The notes under the pieces were generated by a model. The model was given only the letters and a program-made list of their open reading frames with translations, was not told the origin of the DNA and searched no databases. A stretch of DNA of 26,981 nucleotides from Candidatus Coproplasma sp. (lineage in GTDB: Bacteria; Bacillota; Clostridia; Christensenellales; Borkfalkiaceae), in NCBI GenBank assembly GCA_051887755.1, contig JBJFAF010000001.1:1-26981 (forward strand), given 5' to 3'. Numbering within the stretch: position 1 is the stretch's first letter; each line of letters opens with the position of its first letter. The translations under genes and the position numbers were made by a program. Shown here one piece after another: positions 7,134 through 16,227 of this stretch.

Positions 7134-8531
7134 TCAACAATTCTTTCGGGTTTTATTTTTATTCCTTCTGTTGATGATATTCTTCTTAATTATATCCCTT
7201 ACGGTGATGACGAGCCCTATTATAATATAGATATAATAGACGGCAAGTCTCCAGACGAGAACCGACCAAGCAAGCGTATTGCCTGCCGCCGCAGAGAACG
7301 CAAGCGCCGCCATACCCTCCATAACGCCCGAGTTGCCCGGCGTAGGTATGAACGATACGCCGAAGGTGGCGAATGCGTTAAGAGCCATTATAGTTATAAA
7401 CTGCCCCTGCACGTCGCAGGAAAACGCCTTCATAACGAAGTACGGCACGGAGAATGTTAAAAACGCCTCCGCATAGCTCACTAAAACGAGCATTATGAGC
7501 ATTACGGGCGAAGTTGCCATAACCTTGAAAGAGTGTTTAAAATCGTCTACGACCTTAGTTGCTTTTTTAAGCGTCTTTTCCTCGTCTTTGACGATTTTCA
7601 TCTTTTTTCCAAGTCTGACAATTCCCCTTGTAAGCTTAATCATCGCCTTGGGAAAAATCAAAAAGAACGCAATAAAGATGGGCAAAATTAGGTTCACGCC
7701 TACGCCTACCCAACCTGCAACCAAAAGCAGCGTCTTACCCGTAGTATCGTCTAAAACGTGATTTACCGTACCTACTATCATAAGCACCGCACCCAGAGAA
7801 ACCCAAGTTAAAATACTTGAGAAATAGCGGATGAGTACGATTGCCGTAGAGTTGCCGCCGCTTATGCCCTTTGAGTTGAGATAGTAAATCTGCATAGGCT
7901 GACCGCCCGTTGAAAATGGGGTAACCGCATCGTAGTACTTACCCAAAAAACTCGTCTTGACCGACGAGGGAAGCCTTACCTTTCCTGTGACCGTCTTGTC
8001 TATTATGCAGAACTTCGTGCAGTCCAAGAACATAATGCTAAGCACTATGACGACCAAAAGCACCATAAACCAAGGGCTTGCATTGGCAAAAACGTCGCCA
8101 ATCGACGAGCTTGCGTCGGGAATTTCGTTTACGACTTTAAACAGCGAATAAATACCCAAGGCAATCAGCATGACCAAGACGACGTTGAGAATTATTTTGG
8201 ACGCCTTGCTCTTCTGCGGCTTTGCCTGAGTTGCCGCCGCTTGATTTTGAGATGGACATTCTTGCTCGCCGTCCTCCGATTGAACGGTCTCCGATGCGGC
8301 GGTAATTTCCTCCGCCTGAACCGCCTCCGTTTGAGAGATATTTTCGACCTCTGCTTGAACGGTATTTTCAGTCTCTGACTGAGAAGCATTATCCTCTACC
8401 GCCTGAGAGGTATTTTCGACCTCTGACGAGGGCGTCGGGCTAGCTATCTCCGCCGCAGGAACGTCTTCCCCGCCCGCCGCAATTTCGTCGGTCGGTGTAT
8501 TAAGTTTTATCTTTTCTTCGTCTATCGACAA
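7134..8531 (-). CDS. Lysylphosphatidylglycerol synthase TM-domain (UPF0104, flippase-like) membrane protein with acidic N-terminal extension
   Basis: YYDAVTPFSTGGQPMQIYYL and IPTPGNSGVMEG motifs, W+WR motif (VLVWRLAVYY), about 8 TM segments, no aminoacyl-transferase domain; TTG start with AGAGGT SD. Confidence 0.88.
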   Translation of the reverse strand: MSIDEEKIKLNTPTDEIAAGGEDVPAAEIASPTPSSEVENTSQAVEDNASQSETENTVQAEVENISQTEAVQAEEITAASETVQSEDGEQECPSQNQAAATQAKPQKSKASKIILNVVLVMLIALGIYSLFKVVNEIPDASSSIGDVFANASPWFMVLLVVIVLSIMFLDCTKFCIIDKTVTGKVRLPSSVKTSFLGKYYDAVTPFSTGGQPMQIYYLNSKGISGGNSTAIVLIRYFSSILTWVSLGAVLMIVGTVNHVLDDTTGKTLLLVAGWVGVGVNLILPIFIAFFLIFPKAMIKLTRGIVRLGKKMKIVKDEEKTLKKATKVVDDFKHSFKVMATSPVMLIMLVLVSYAEAFLTFSVPYFVMKAFSCDVQGQFITIMALNAFATFGVSFIPTPGNSGVMEGMAALAFSAAAGNTLAWSVLVWRLAVYYIYIIIGLVITVRDIIKKNIINRRNKNKTRKNC

Positions 8532-8578
8532 TCTGTTACCTCTTACAGACGCATACGGCGTCCGCAGTTACTAATATA

Positions 8579-9718
8579 TTAATTTTTCTCTACCTTTAAG
8601 CCCCAGCACCTAAACGTTTTGGAATAGAGCTTTTCAAAATTCTTCCACAAATTCTGAACGTGCCTGTTTTCCTCCAACTCCGGTCCTGCCTCTAAATACT
8701 TGACGTTATGCTTTATTAAGCCTTCTACGCAGTGGGCTAATATTATTGAAGGAACACCTTTATTTGCATGTGACTTCGCCATTGCGATATGTAATAAATC
8801 CACGACTTCGGGGTGTTCGATTGTCTTTAAGAGGGGGATAATGCCGCAGGGAAAAATGTGCCCCTTACCCTTTTGCATAACCTCTTTCATTGAGGGTATC
8901 ATATATCCGTAAGCCACAACCTTATCGTTCTGTGTTACGACGGTAGCAAAGTCGGGAACTAAGATGGAGAGCATAGTCTTCATAAGTCTGCGTTTTTGTT
9001 TTTCGTTCGTAGGGCTCGTGCCGTACAAATCTTCAAACGCCTCGTCCATAACGTCTAAAGCCTGCATAACGTATTCTTCAAGCTTGCGTCTATCGTGCTT
9101 TGCAAGGTATTCTACGTCTAAGATTTCATAGCCGTATTTTTTCATTACGTCTTCAGAAATCTTCTTGATTCTGGGGTCAAGCTTGGTGGGGGAAACTATT
9201 CGGTAAGCGTTCCAATCTACTATCTTATAAGCCCCTAATTTTTGCATATGCTCTACATAATACGGGTGATTGTAAATCTCTATGTAAGTGCTGTCCTTAT
9301 CGAACCCGTCGATGAGCATGCCCTCTTCGTTTAAATCGGAAAAGCTCATAGGTCCGATAATCTCGTTCATACCCAGCTCTCTCGCCCAGTCGTAGAGCTT
9401 TGCAAACATAGCTTTTGTAACCTCGAAATCGTCGATGACGTCGAAACGGGTGAAACGAAGCTGTTTATAGCCGAACTTTTCGTTTACGCCCTTGTGCCAT
9501 ATACCTGCAATTCTCCCTGCGAGCTTGCCATCTTTATAAGCTAAGAACATTTTGCACTCCGCAAAGCGGAAGGCGTCGTTGACTTCGGGGTCGAACTCGG
9601 CGAATTCGTCGGCGTACATATTGGGGCAGGCGTGAGGATTGCCCTTGTATAAATCGAAAATAAATTTAAAAAACTTTTTCTTATCTCTCTTAGAAGATAT
9701 TTCCTTAACTTCTATCAT
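8579..9718 (-). CDS. YghO-like double-GNAT N-acyltransferase, paralog 2 (bacterial ceramide synthase-like)
   Basis: 379 aa; FLAYKDGKLAGRIA, RFTRFDVIDD, IIGPMSFSDLNEEGMLIDGFD, YNHPYYVEHM..LG, IFPxG, ELEEN motifs line up with the YghO-family pattern. Confidence 0.75.
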   Translation of the reverse strand: MIEVKEISSKRDKKKFFKFIFDLYKGNPHACPNMYADEFAEFDPEVNDAFRFAECKMFLAYKDGKLAGRIAGIWHKGVNEKFGYKQLRFTRFDVIDDFEVTKAMFAKLYDWARELGMNEIIGPMSFSDLNEEGMLIDGFDKDSTYIEIYNHPYYVEHMQKLGAYKIVDWNAYRIVSPTKLDPRIKKISEDVMKKYGYEILDVEYLAKHDRRKLEEYVMQALDVMDEAFEDLYGTSPTNEKQKRRLMKTMLSILVPDFATVVTQNDKVVAYGYMIPSMKEVMQKGKGHIFPCGIIPLLKTIEHPEVVDLLHIAMAKSHANKGVPSIILAHCVEGLIKHNVKYLEAGPELEENRHVQNLWKNFEKLYSKTFRCWGLKVEKN

Positions 9719-9757
9719 TTGCCTTTTTTGCTCTCTTTTTTCTTCGCCCTCAAATAA

Positions 9758-10891
9758 TTATTTGACTTCCAAACCCCAGCAACGGTGTTTTTTAGCAATC
9801 TCTCTTTCAAAATCTTTCCACAGGTTCTGTACGTTGTTGTTGTACTCAAGCTCGGGACCCGTTTCCAGATATTTTACGCCAAGCTTTTTAAGCCCGTGCA
9901 GGCACTCGCTCATAATAATCGCAACCGTACCCTTGTTTGCGTGGTCTTTAGCTACGCCGATACTCATCATCTCGGCAATCTCCACATGTTTCATCGCCTT
10001 TAAATACGGTATTACGCCGAAGGGGAAGATATGTCCCTTGCCCTTTTGCATAACTTCCTTTATGCAGGGCATCATAAAGCCGTAGGCAACTACCTTATCG
10101 TCCTTTAATACGACGCACGCAAGCTCGGGAACGAGAATGGTGAGTATGGTATCCATCTCCCTCTTTTTCTGCTTGTCGTTTATAGGGCTCGTGCCGTATA
10201 AATCTTCAAACGCCTCGTCTAAGACGCCCAAAGCCTGCATTATGTATTCTTTTAATTTTTCCTTGTCGTGCTTGACGAGGTACGCTATGTCTACCGTTTC
10301 GTAACCCCCTCTCTTTTTAACTGCGGCGGCAAGCCTGTCCAACCTTTCGTCGCAGCTCTCGGGAACTTTAATGCGGTAACAATTCCAATCTACCACCTTA
10401 TACGCACCGAGCTTTTCCATATGCTCGACATAATAAGGGGCGTTGTAAATTTCTATGTAAGTGCTATCCCTGTCGAACCCGTCTATGAGCATACCTTCTT
10501 CGTTCAAATCGGAAAAGCTCATAGGTCCGATAATTTCTTCCATACCAAGCTCTTTAGCCCACTCGGTGACTTTTGCAAACAGAGCCTTGGTTACTTCGAA
10601 ATCGTCTATAACGTCGAAACGGGTGAAACGCAGTTGCTTTTTTCCCGTCTTTTCGTTTACGCCTTTGTGCCAGATAGCGGCGATACGCCCTGCGATTTTT
10701 CCGTCTTTATACGCTAAAAACATTCTACATTCTGCAAAGCGGAAGGCGTCGTTGACTTCGGGGTCGAACTCGGCGAACTCGTCCATATAAAGATTGCAGT
10801 ATGCGTGGGGATTTTTACCGTACAGCGTATGCTGAAACTTAAAAAATTTCTTTTGCTCTTTTTTGGAGTGAATTTCCTTTACTTCTATCAT
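9758..10891 (-). CDS. YghO-like double-GNAT N-acyltransferase, paralog 1 (bacterial ceramide synthase-like)
   Basis: 377 aa; same motifs as 8579..9718 and about 70% identical to it by manual alignment; TAATG overlap with the degV stop. Confidence 0.75.
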   Translation of the reverse strand: MIEVKEIHSKKEQKKFFKFQHTLYGKNPHAYCNLYMDEFAEFDPEVNDAFRFAECRMFLAYKDGKIAGRIAAIWHKGVNEKTGKKQLRFTRFDVIDDFEVTKALFAKVTEWAKELGMEEIIGPMSFSDLNEEGMLIDGFDRDSTYIEIYNAPYYVEHMEKLGAYKVVDWNCYRIKVPESCDERLDRLAAAVKKRGGYETVDIAYLVKHDKEKLKEYIMQALGVLDEAFEDLYGTSPINDKQKKREMDTILTILVPELACVVLKDDKVVAYGFMMPCIKEVMQKGKGHIFPFGVIPYLKAMKHVEIAEMMSIGVAKDHANKGTVAIIMSECLHGLKKLGVKYLETGPELEYNNNVQNLWKDFEREIAKKHRCWGLEVK

Positions 10892-11772
10892 TATTCCGCC
10901 TCCAAAGGGATAGGACGCTTATCGCCTATAAAGATTATGCCAAGCGTGCCGGGTCCGCAGTGCGTGCCGATAACGGGACCGATTATTTGACGTACGATAT
11001 TTGCGTCGGGGCGTTTTTCCTTGATGAGAGCGGCAAGCTCGTCGCCTTCGTCCTTGCAATCTGCGTCTATGACGTATACGGGATAAGCGGTATCGGTAAG
11101 CTCGTCAATGACCTTTTGGGCAAGCGAACGGATAGCCTTTCTTCTGCCCGACGCTTTTTCAAACACACTCAGTCCGCCCTTTTCATTTAAGGTTAAAATA
11201 GGCTTAATGCTAAGTATGGTGCCCGCTACCGCTGATACGGCAGAGAGCCTGCCTCCCCTCTTTAAGTGCATTAAATCATCCACCGAAAAGTAAACGCAGA
11301 CCTTGTTGGTAAAGTCCTTTAAGAACTCAACTATTTCTTCGTCGGTTGCGCCCTGTTGCTTTTTCTCAGCCGCCGCAAGCATCTGAATTCCTGCGCCGAG
11401 CGAGATGGACTTCGTGTCGAAAACTGTGCATTTTCTTTCGGGGAACTGCTCCTTAAGCTCGCTTAATGCGGCGTCGAGCTGATTGAAAGTGCCGCTCATT
11501 GCGTGGGAAAAGCTTATATATAAGACATCTTCCCCCGCCTTGAAATAGGGCGTTAAAATATCCTTGTAATTTTCGGGATTCAACGCCATAGTTTTAGGCA
11601 CGTTGCCCGCCCTTACCGCCGAATAGAAATCTGCAAAATCGGTGTTTTCGCCGAGGTCGTAGCTATACTCCTTTCCGCAGTAGCAGTAGGGCATAGATAT
11701 GTAATCCATACCGAGCTCTTTAACCTTATCAAACCAAAGCTCTCCGTTGCTGTCACATAACAAAATACTCAT
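10891..11772 (-). CDS. degV: DegV family fatty acid-binding protein (FakB-like)
   Basis: SILLCDS, VPKT, YISFSHAMSGTF, VFDTKSISLGAG, LKRGGRLS, SIKPIL, IGPVIGTHCGPGTLGI. Confidence 0.93.
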   Translation of the reverse strand: MSILLCDSNGELWFDKVKELGMDYISMPYCYCGKEYSYDLGENTDFADFYSAVRAGNVPKTMALNPENYKDILTPYFKAGEDVLYISFSHAMSGTFNQLDAALSELKEQFPERKCTVFDTKSISLGAGIQMLAAAEKKQQGATDEEIVEFLKDFTNKVCVYFSVDDLMHLKRGGRLSAVSAVAGTILSIKPILTLNEKGGLSVFEKASGRRKAIRSLAQKVIDELTDTAYPVYVIDADCKDEGDELAALIKEKRPDANIVRQIIGPVIGTHCGPGTLGIIFIGDKRPIPLEAE

Positions 11773-11879
11773 GTTTTTTCTCTCTTAATTCACTATTTTT
11801 GCCAAGGCAAGCGCCTTAGGCTTAAGTAAGTATACGGCTTGACCGAATATTAAAAATTTACAGCCAGTCATATAGGTTA

Positions 11880-11908
11880 ATAATATCATTTTATACTATA
11901 TATGTCAA
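11880..11908 (-). promoter_or_regulatory. sigmaA-type promoter of the degV operon
   Basis: TTGACA-N17-TATTAT with TGn extension. Confidence 0.7.
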
Positions 11909-12000
11909 CAATTTTTATTACATTTTGCCTTTGCGCCCGTTTACGGAGCGCAATTCGGCGCTAAAAACGGCAATATAAACAGCTAATTTAAAGCCGTGCT

Positions 12001-12038
12001 AAAAATAATTTTAAGCGACGCCACCGAGCGCCGCTTAA
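12001..12038 (-). terminator. Terminator of the met operon
   Basis: TTAAGCGGCGC-TCGGTG-GCGTCGCTTAA then AATTATTTTT on the minus strand. Confidence 0.6.
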
Positions 12039-12057
12039 GCCATTTTTTAGATTTCGT

Positions 12058-14427
12058 TTATTTTATCAAGCCCGCCTCCACCTCTTCGGCAAAGCGAACG
12101 GTCTGCATTGCGTCCTTACAGTACCTGTCCGCACCTATTTGTGCGGCGTATTCCTCGTTTAAAACCGCACCGCCGACGCAGGTCAAAACGGAGGGACATT
12201 CCCTTTTGAGCAGCTCAATCGTCTCCTTCATAGAAACGACCGTGGTAGTCATCAACGCCGATAAGCCTGCAACCTCTGCGCCTACCTCCTTAACCTTTTC
12301 GACCACCTTTTCGGGCGGGACGTCCTTACCCAAGTCGTACACCTTAAAGCCGTAGTTGGATAGCAGAGTCGCAACTATATTTTTGCCGATATCGTGAATA
12401 TCGCCCTTGACCGTAGCGAGGACGATTTTGGTATTTTTTGCGTTCTCGTTGGAGGATAGTCTCTCCTTAACCTTATCAAAAGCCGCCCTTGCCGCTTCCG
12501 CACTCATTAAAAGCTGAGGTAAAAACACCGTCTTATTTTCAAAGCCTGCGCCCACCTCGTCCAAGGCGGGAATGATTTCGGTATTGACTACGTCCATAGG
12601 CGGCAAATCGGCAAGCAGTCTTTCAGCGGCGAGCGCCGCCTCCTCCTTAAGCCCTTTTACGACGCAGTACTTTAAGTCTTTATCGGTCTGCGCCTTAAGT
12701 GCGGCAGGCTGAACCTGACCGTTGGCAAACGCAATATATCCCTCGAAATTTTTATCCTTACCCGTGAGTGCGAGGAAGGATTTATAAGTCTTAGTCATCT
12801 CCTGCGAGTAGGGATTGTAGATTGCCGCCGACAGCCCCGAATTTAGAGCCATACAAAAGAATGTCGAATTTATAAAATCTCTCTGCGGCAACCCGAAGGA
12901 TACGTTGGAAACGCCCAAAGAGGTGTGACAGCCGAGCGTATAGCGGATAGTATTTAAAGCTTTAACAGCCTCCAGAGCCGCAGTAGGGTCAGCCGATACA
13001 GCCATTGCAAGCGTATCGAAAATCAGCCTTTCTTTTGCAATGCCGTATTTTTTTGCAACCTTAATAATCTTTTTTGCAATCTCCACCCTGCCCTCTGCGG
13101 CGGAGGGAATACCCGCCTCGTCAAGCGTTAAGCAGATTACACAGCCGCCGTACTTTTTAACGAGCGGGAAAACGGCTTGCATACTCTCCTCCTTGCCGTT
13201 TACCGAGTTTATGATGGCAACGCCGTTGTATATGCGCATTGCGTTTTCCATCGCCTTAAAGGAAGAGGTGTCTATCTGCAAAGGCAAATCGGTCACCGAT
13301 TGAATTTCCTCCACGCAACGGGGCAATACGTTTTCCTCGTCAATTTCGGGCAAGCCCACGTTTACGTCCAACGCATGCGCACCGTTTTCGGACTGAGCAA
13401 CCGCCTCGCCGAGGATATACGCCATATCATTTTCCCTCAGCGCCTCTTTTAATTTTTTCTTGCCCGTGGGGTTAATTCGTTCGCCTATAAGTACGGGTGT
13501 ATCACCGAAATAGAGTGCGTGAGTGTAGGACGAGCAGACGGTTAAACGCTTTTCATTTATTCTTTTAAACTCAATGCCCTTTAATGTCTGCGTTAGTTCA
13601 AGTATATATCGGGGTGTAGTGCCGCAACAGCCGCCCAAAACGGTCGCACCCTTTTCTGCTAAACGGCACATATCAAGTGCGAAATCTTCGGCGGAAAGTG
13701 AATAGATTGTCCTGCCGTCCCTCTCTTCGGGCAAACCTGCGTTGGGCTTGATTATTACGGGCGTCGAGGACACCTTTAACATTCTTTCCACAACTTGAGT
13801 AAGCTCTGCGGGGGCGAGCGAACAGTTTGCGCCGAGTGCGTCTACCCCCAACCCCTCCAAAAGCGCAACGGTAGCCTCTGGCGTGCCGCCCGACATAGTT
13901 AGGCAATCTCTGCCGAATACGGCGGTCGCAAATACGGGCAAGTCACAGCATTCTTTTGCGGCGAGCACTGCGGCTTTAAGCTCGTACAAATCGTTCATAG
14001 TTTCAACGGCAATTATATCCGCACCTGCGGCAACGCCCGCCTTAATCGTGCGCTTAAAGATTTCTACCGCCGCCTCGAATTCCAAGTCGCCGAGCGGCTT
14101 TAACAGCCTGCCCGTAGGACCGACATCAAGCGCAACGAAAGCCTCTTTAAAGTCCTTTGCAGCACTCTTTGCATTTTGTACTGCGGCGGCAACCACTTCC
14201 TCCGTCCCGTCGCCGAACTTCAAGCAGTTTGCGCCGAATGTGTTGGTGTAGATTACGTTTGCACCCGCCTTTAAATAGTCGGTATGCACCTTGATAATTT
14301 CCTCGGGTCGGGTTAGGTTCCACTCCTCGGGCAGAGTGCCCAAAGGCAGACCCGCCGCCTGTAGCTGAGTGCCCATACCGCCGTCTAAGATTAAAATTGA
14401 GTTTTTTAATTTATCTTTTACGCTCAT
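12058..14427 (-). CDS. metH: Cobalamin-dependent methionine synthase core (Hcy-binding, pterin-binding, cap and B12-binding domains; no reactivation domain)
   Basis: LDGGMGTQL, GANC, GGCCGTTP, IGERINPTGKK, GVSNVSFGLP, FLPQLLMSAEA, GDIHDIGKNIV (DxHxxG). Confidence 0.93.
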   Translation of the reverse strand: MSVKDKLKNSILILDGGMGTQLQAAGLPLGTLPEEWNLTRPEEIIKVHTDYLKAGANVIYTNTFGANCLKFGDGTEEVVAAAVQNAKSAAKDFKEAFVALDVGPTGRLLKPLGDLEFEAAVEIFKRTIKAGVAAGADIIAVETMNDLYELKAAVLAAKECCDLPVFATAVFGRDCLTMSGGTPEATVALLEGLGVDALGANCSLAPAELTQVVERMLKVSSTPVIIKPNAGLPEERDGRTIYSLSAEDFALDMCRLAEKGATVLGGCCGTTPRYILELTQTLKGIEFKRINEKRLTVCSSYTHALYFGDTPVLIGERINPTGKKKLKEALRENDMAYILGEAVAQSENGAHALDVNVGLPEIDEENVLPRCVEEIQSVTDLPLQIDTSSFKAMENAMRIYNGVAIINSVNGKEESMQAVFPLVKKYGGCVICLTLDEAGIPSAAEGRVEIAKKIIKVAKKYGIAKERLIFDTLAMAVSADPTAALEAVKALNTIRYTLGCHTSLGVSNVSFGLPQRDFINSTFFCMALNSGLSAAIYNPYSQEMTKTYKSFLALTGKDKNFEGYIAFANGQVQPAALKAQTDKDLKYCVVKGLKEEAALAAERLLADLPPMDVVNTEIIPALDEVGAGFENKTVFLPQLLMSAEAARAAFDKVKERLSSNENAKNTKIVLATVKGDIHDIGKNIVATLLSNYGFKVYDLGKDVPPEKVVEKVKEVGAEVAGLSALMTTTVVSMKETIELLKRECPSVLTCVGGAVLNEEYAAQIGADRYCKDAMQTVRFAEEVEAGLIK

Positions 14428-15017
14428 AAGTCTTTAATGCCCACCATTGCCGTAACCGATTTCGTCGGCGTCATAAAGCAGTCGTCGGATAGGGTTATAC
14501 CCAACCGCTTAGTAACGGACAGCGCCTGAAAAATATTGCGCTGTAAGGATATGTCGCAGTCGCCGAACCCGCAGGAAAAGCGAGACGTATTCGTGTTGTA
14601 CTTTTCTTTGAGTTTAGCGCAGATTTCGTCGCACCAACTTTCGATTAAAGCCGCACCCATCGCCTGCAAAACCGCCGCCTTCGACGGGGATATTTTAGAG
14701 TATCTTACGATAAGCCTGTCCACGCCTGCGCCTGCGGTTGCCGCAAACAGCACCACATGCGAACAACCCTTTAAATTCAGGGCGAGCGAATGGCTCCTTA
14801 TCTTTGCATAGCCCAAATTTAGCTCGTCGCCGTCGGCTGAAAAATCGTAAATATCGTAAACCGCCTTTAAGTCCTGAGCCTGCAAAATAAGCTTTTCGCA
14901 CTCGTCAAAGAGCGCACTTACCTCTTCCGTAGGTGCGGCTCCTTTGGTATAGCCGAGATAGTACAGCGTTTCGTTGCGGTCTATAGAGTTTAAAGTGGTC
15001 GATAAAAGCGTCGTCAT
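14424..15017 (-). CDS. Stand-alone B12-dependent methionine synthase activation (AdoMet-binding) domain protein
   Basis: VVLFAATAG, RFSCGFGD (family RFSPGYGD), MTPTKSVTAMVGI; ATGA overlaps with both neighbours. Confidence 0.88.
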   Translation of the reverse strand: MTTLLSTTLNSIDRNETLYYLGYTKGAAPTEEVSALFDECEKLILQAQDLKAVYDIYDFSADGDELNLGYAKIRSHSLALNLKGCSHVVLFAATAGAGVDRLIVRYSKISPSKAAVLQAMGAALIESWCDEICAKLKEKYNTNTSRFSCGFGDCDISLQRNIFQALSVTKRLGITLSDDCFMTPTKSVTAMVGIKDL

Positions 15018-15868
15018 ATAATGCTTGAAAGGTTTGCCTTGATTGCCTCGGCAACTTCGGGCTTGTTCATCGAATAGACATGCACAGCCTTAACGCCGTT
15101 TGCGTAGAGGTCTATAATCTGTTCGCTTGCGTAGATAATGCCCGCCTCGCACATAGCTTTAGGATTGTCGCCGAACCTGTCCACTATGCGCTTAAAGCGA
15201 GTGGGAAGATAACTGCCCGAAAGGGAAACTATTCTCTTAATCTGCACGGCGTTGGTCACGGGCATTATACCCGCAATGACGGGAACGTAGATGCCTGCCT
15301 CCCTGACCTTTGATAAAAAGCTGTAGAAAACGTCGTTGTCGAAGAACATCTGCGTGGTCAAAAAGTCGCAACCTGCGTCCACCTTCTTTTTAAGGTTTTC
15401 TATATCTGAAAAGAGTGTTGCGCTCTCGGGGTGACCCTCGGGGTAGCACGCACCGCCGATACAGAAGTTGCCCGTGTCCTTGCACTCCTTGACGAGCTCG
15501 CTTGCATAGTGATAGTCAAGGTTGCCTTTAAAATCTTTGGGTATATCGCCCCTTAGGGCAAGCACGTTGTCTATGCCCTCCTCTTTGAGTGCGGCAAGCT
15601 TATTTGCCACGTCCTTTCGGTCGGACGAAATGCACGAAAGGTGTGCAAGCGGCTCTACCCCTAACTCTTTTATGCGCTTAGCAACGGCTACGGTATAGTC
15701 GCTCGTTCCGCCGCCCGCACCGTAAGTCACGCTCATAAAATCGGGGTTGAGTGCGGCGATTTTATCCACCGCCTGTGTAACCGATTCGTACTTATCGCTC
15801 GTCTTCGGGGGGAACACCTCGAAGGAAAGACACGCCTTTTTACTGTTTATTATGTCTATAATTTTCAT
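15014..15868 (-). CDS. metF: 5,10-methylenetetrahydrofolate reductase
   Basis: SFEVFPPK, SVTYGAGGG, LALRGD, GGACYPEGHP, KKKVDAGCDFLTTQMFFDN, GIMP. Confidence 0.96.
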   Translation of the reverse strand: MKIIDIINSKKACLSFEVFPPKTSDKYESVTQAVDKIAALNPDFMSVTYGAGGGTSDYTVAVAKRIKELGVEPLAHLSCISSDRKDVANKLAALKEEGIDNVLALRGDIPKDFKGNLDYHYASELVKECKDTGNFCIGGACYPEGHPESATLFSDIENLKKKVDAGCDFLTTQMFFDNDVFYSFLSKVREAGIYVPVIAGIMPVTNAVQIKRIVSLSGSYLPTRFKRIVDRFGDNPKAMCEAGIIYASEQIIDLYANGVKAVHVYSMNKPEVAEAIKANLSSII

Positions 15869-15936
15869 TTTTTCTCTGTCTACGAAGGAATTTTTACAAA
15901 AACTAAACTTCCCACACCTATTATTTTTTTCTATCT

Positions 15937-15965
15937 ATTATAGTTAAAACGCAATTGTTTGTCAA
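15937..15965 (-). promoter_or_regulatory. Consensus sigmaA promoter of the metF operon
   Basis: Perfect TTGACA-N17-TATAAT. Confidence 0.85.
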
Positions 15966-15990
15966 CAAAAGGGGTCATTATAAAATACAC

Positions 15991-16019
15991 TTGACTTTAA
16001 CCGCACGCCGATATATAAT
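15991..16019 (+). promoter_or_regulatory. sigmaA promoter upstream of the cobalamin riboswitch
   Basis: TTGACT-N17-TATAAT. Confidence 0.8.
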
Positions 16020-16036
16020 GTCTTTGATTTTAATAT

Positions 16037-16190
16037 TTCGGTGCGAGTGACTTGAAAAGTTTTTTTAGTCGAAAGCAGGGGAAGTACGGTGCAAATCCGT
16101 CGCAACAGCCATTACGGTAATAGTCCGATTGCCTGTCCGCCGAAAGCTGTGGTTGTCCGTCTTGGGCGTTTAGAAGATGCGGACCGCCTT
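16037..16190 (+). ncRNA. Cobalamin riboswitch (compact form lacking the large peripheral extension)
   Basis: GGTGC...AGGGGAAGTACGGTGCAAATCCGTCGC..GCC..TACGGTAA..AGTCCGATTGCCTG core; P1 TTCGG(16037-41)/CCGAA(16140-44); P13-like hairpin 16155-16184; precedes B12-uptake-like genes. Confidence 0.88.
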
Positions 16191-16197
16191 TATTTTT

Positions 16198-16223
16198 GCA
16201 CGCCCCTTACGGGGTGCTTTTTT
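16198..16223 (+). terminator. Riboswitch terminator 1
   Basis: GCACGCCCC-TTAC-GGGGTGC followed by TTTTTT. Confidence 0.75.
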
Positions 16224-16227
16224 ATTT

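Noticed and set aside
6948-7460. 170-aa plus-strand ORF from the track
   Set aside because: Antisense to the LPG_synthase_TM gene and runs across promoter and terminator DNA; no SD or motif.
15869-15936. SAM-I riboswitch or T-box before metF
   Set aside because: Leader is only about 60 nt, A/U-rich, and lacks either consensus.
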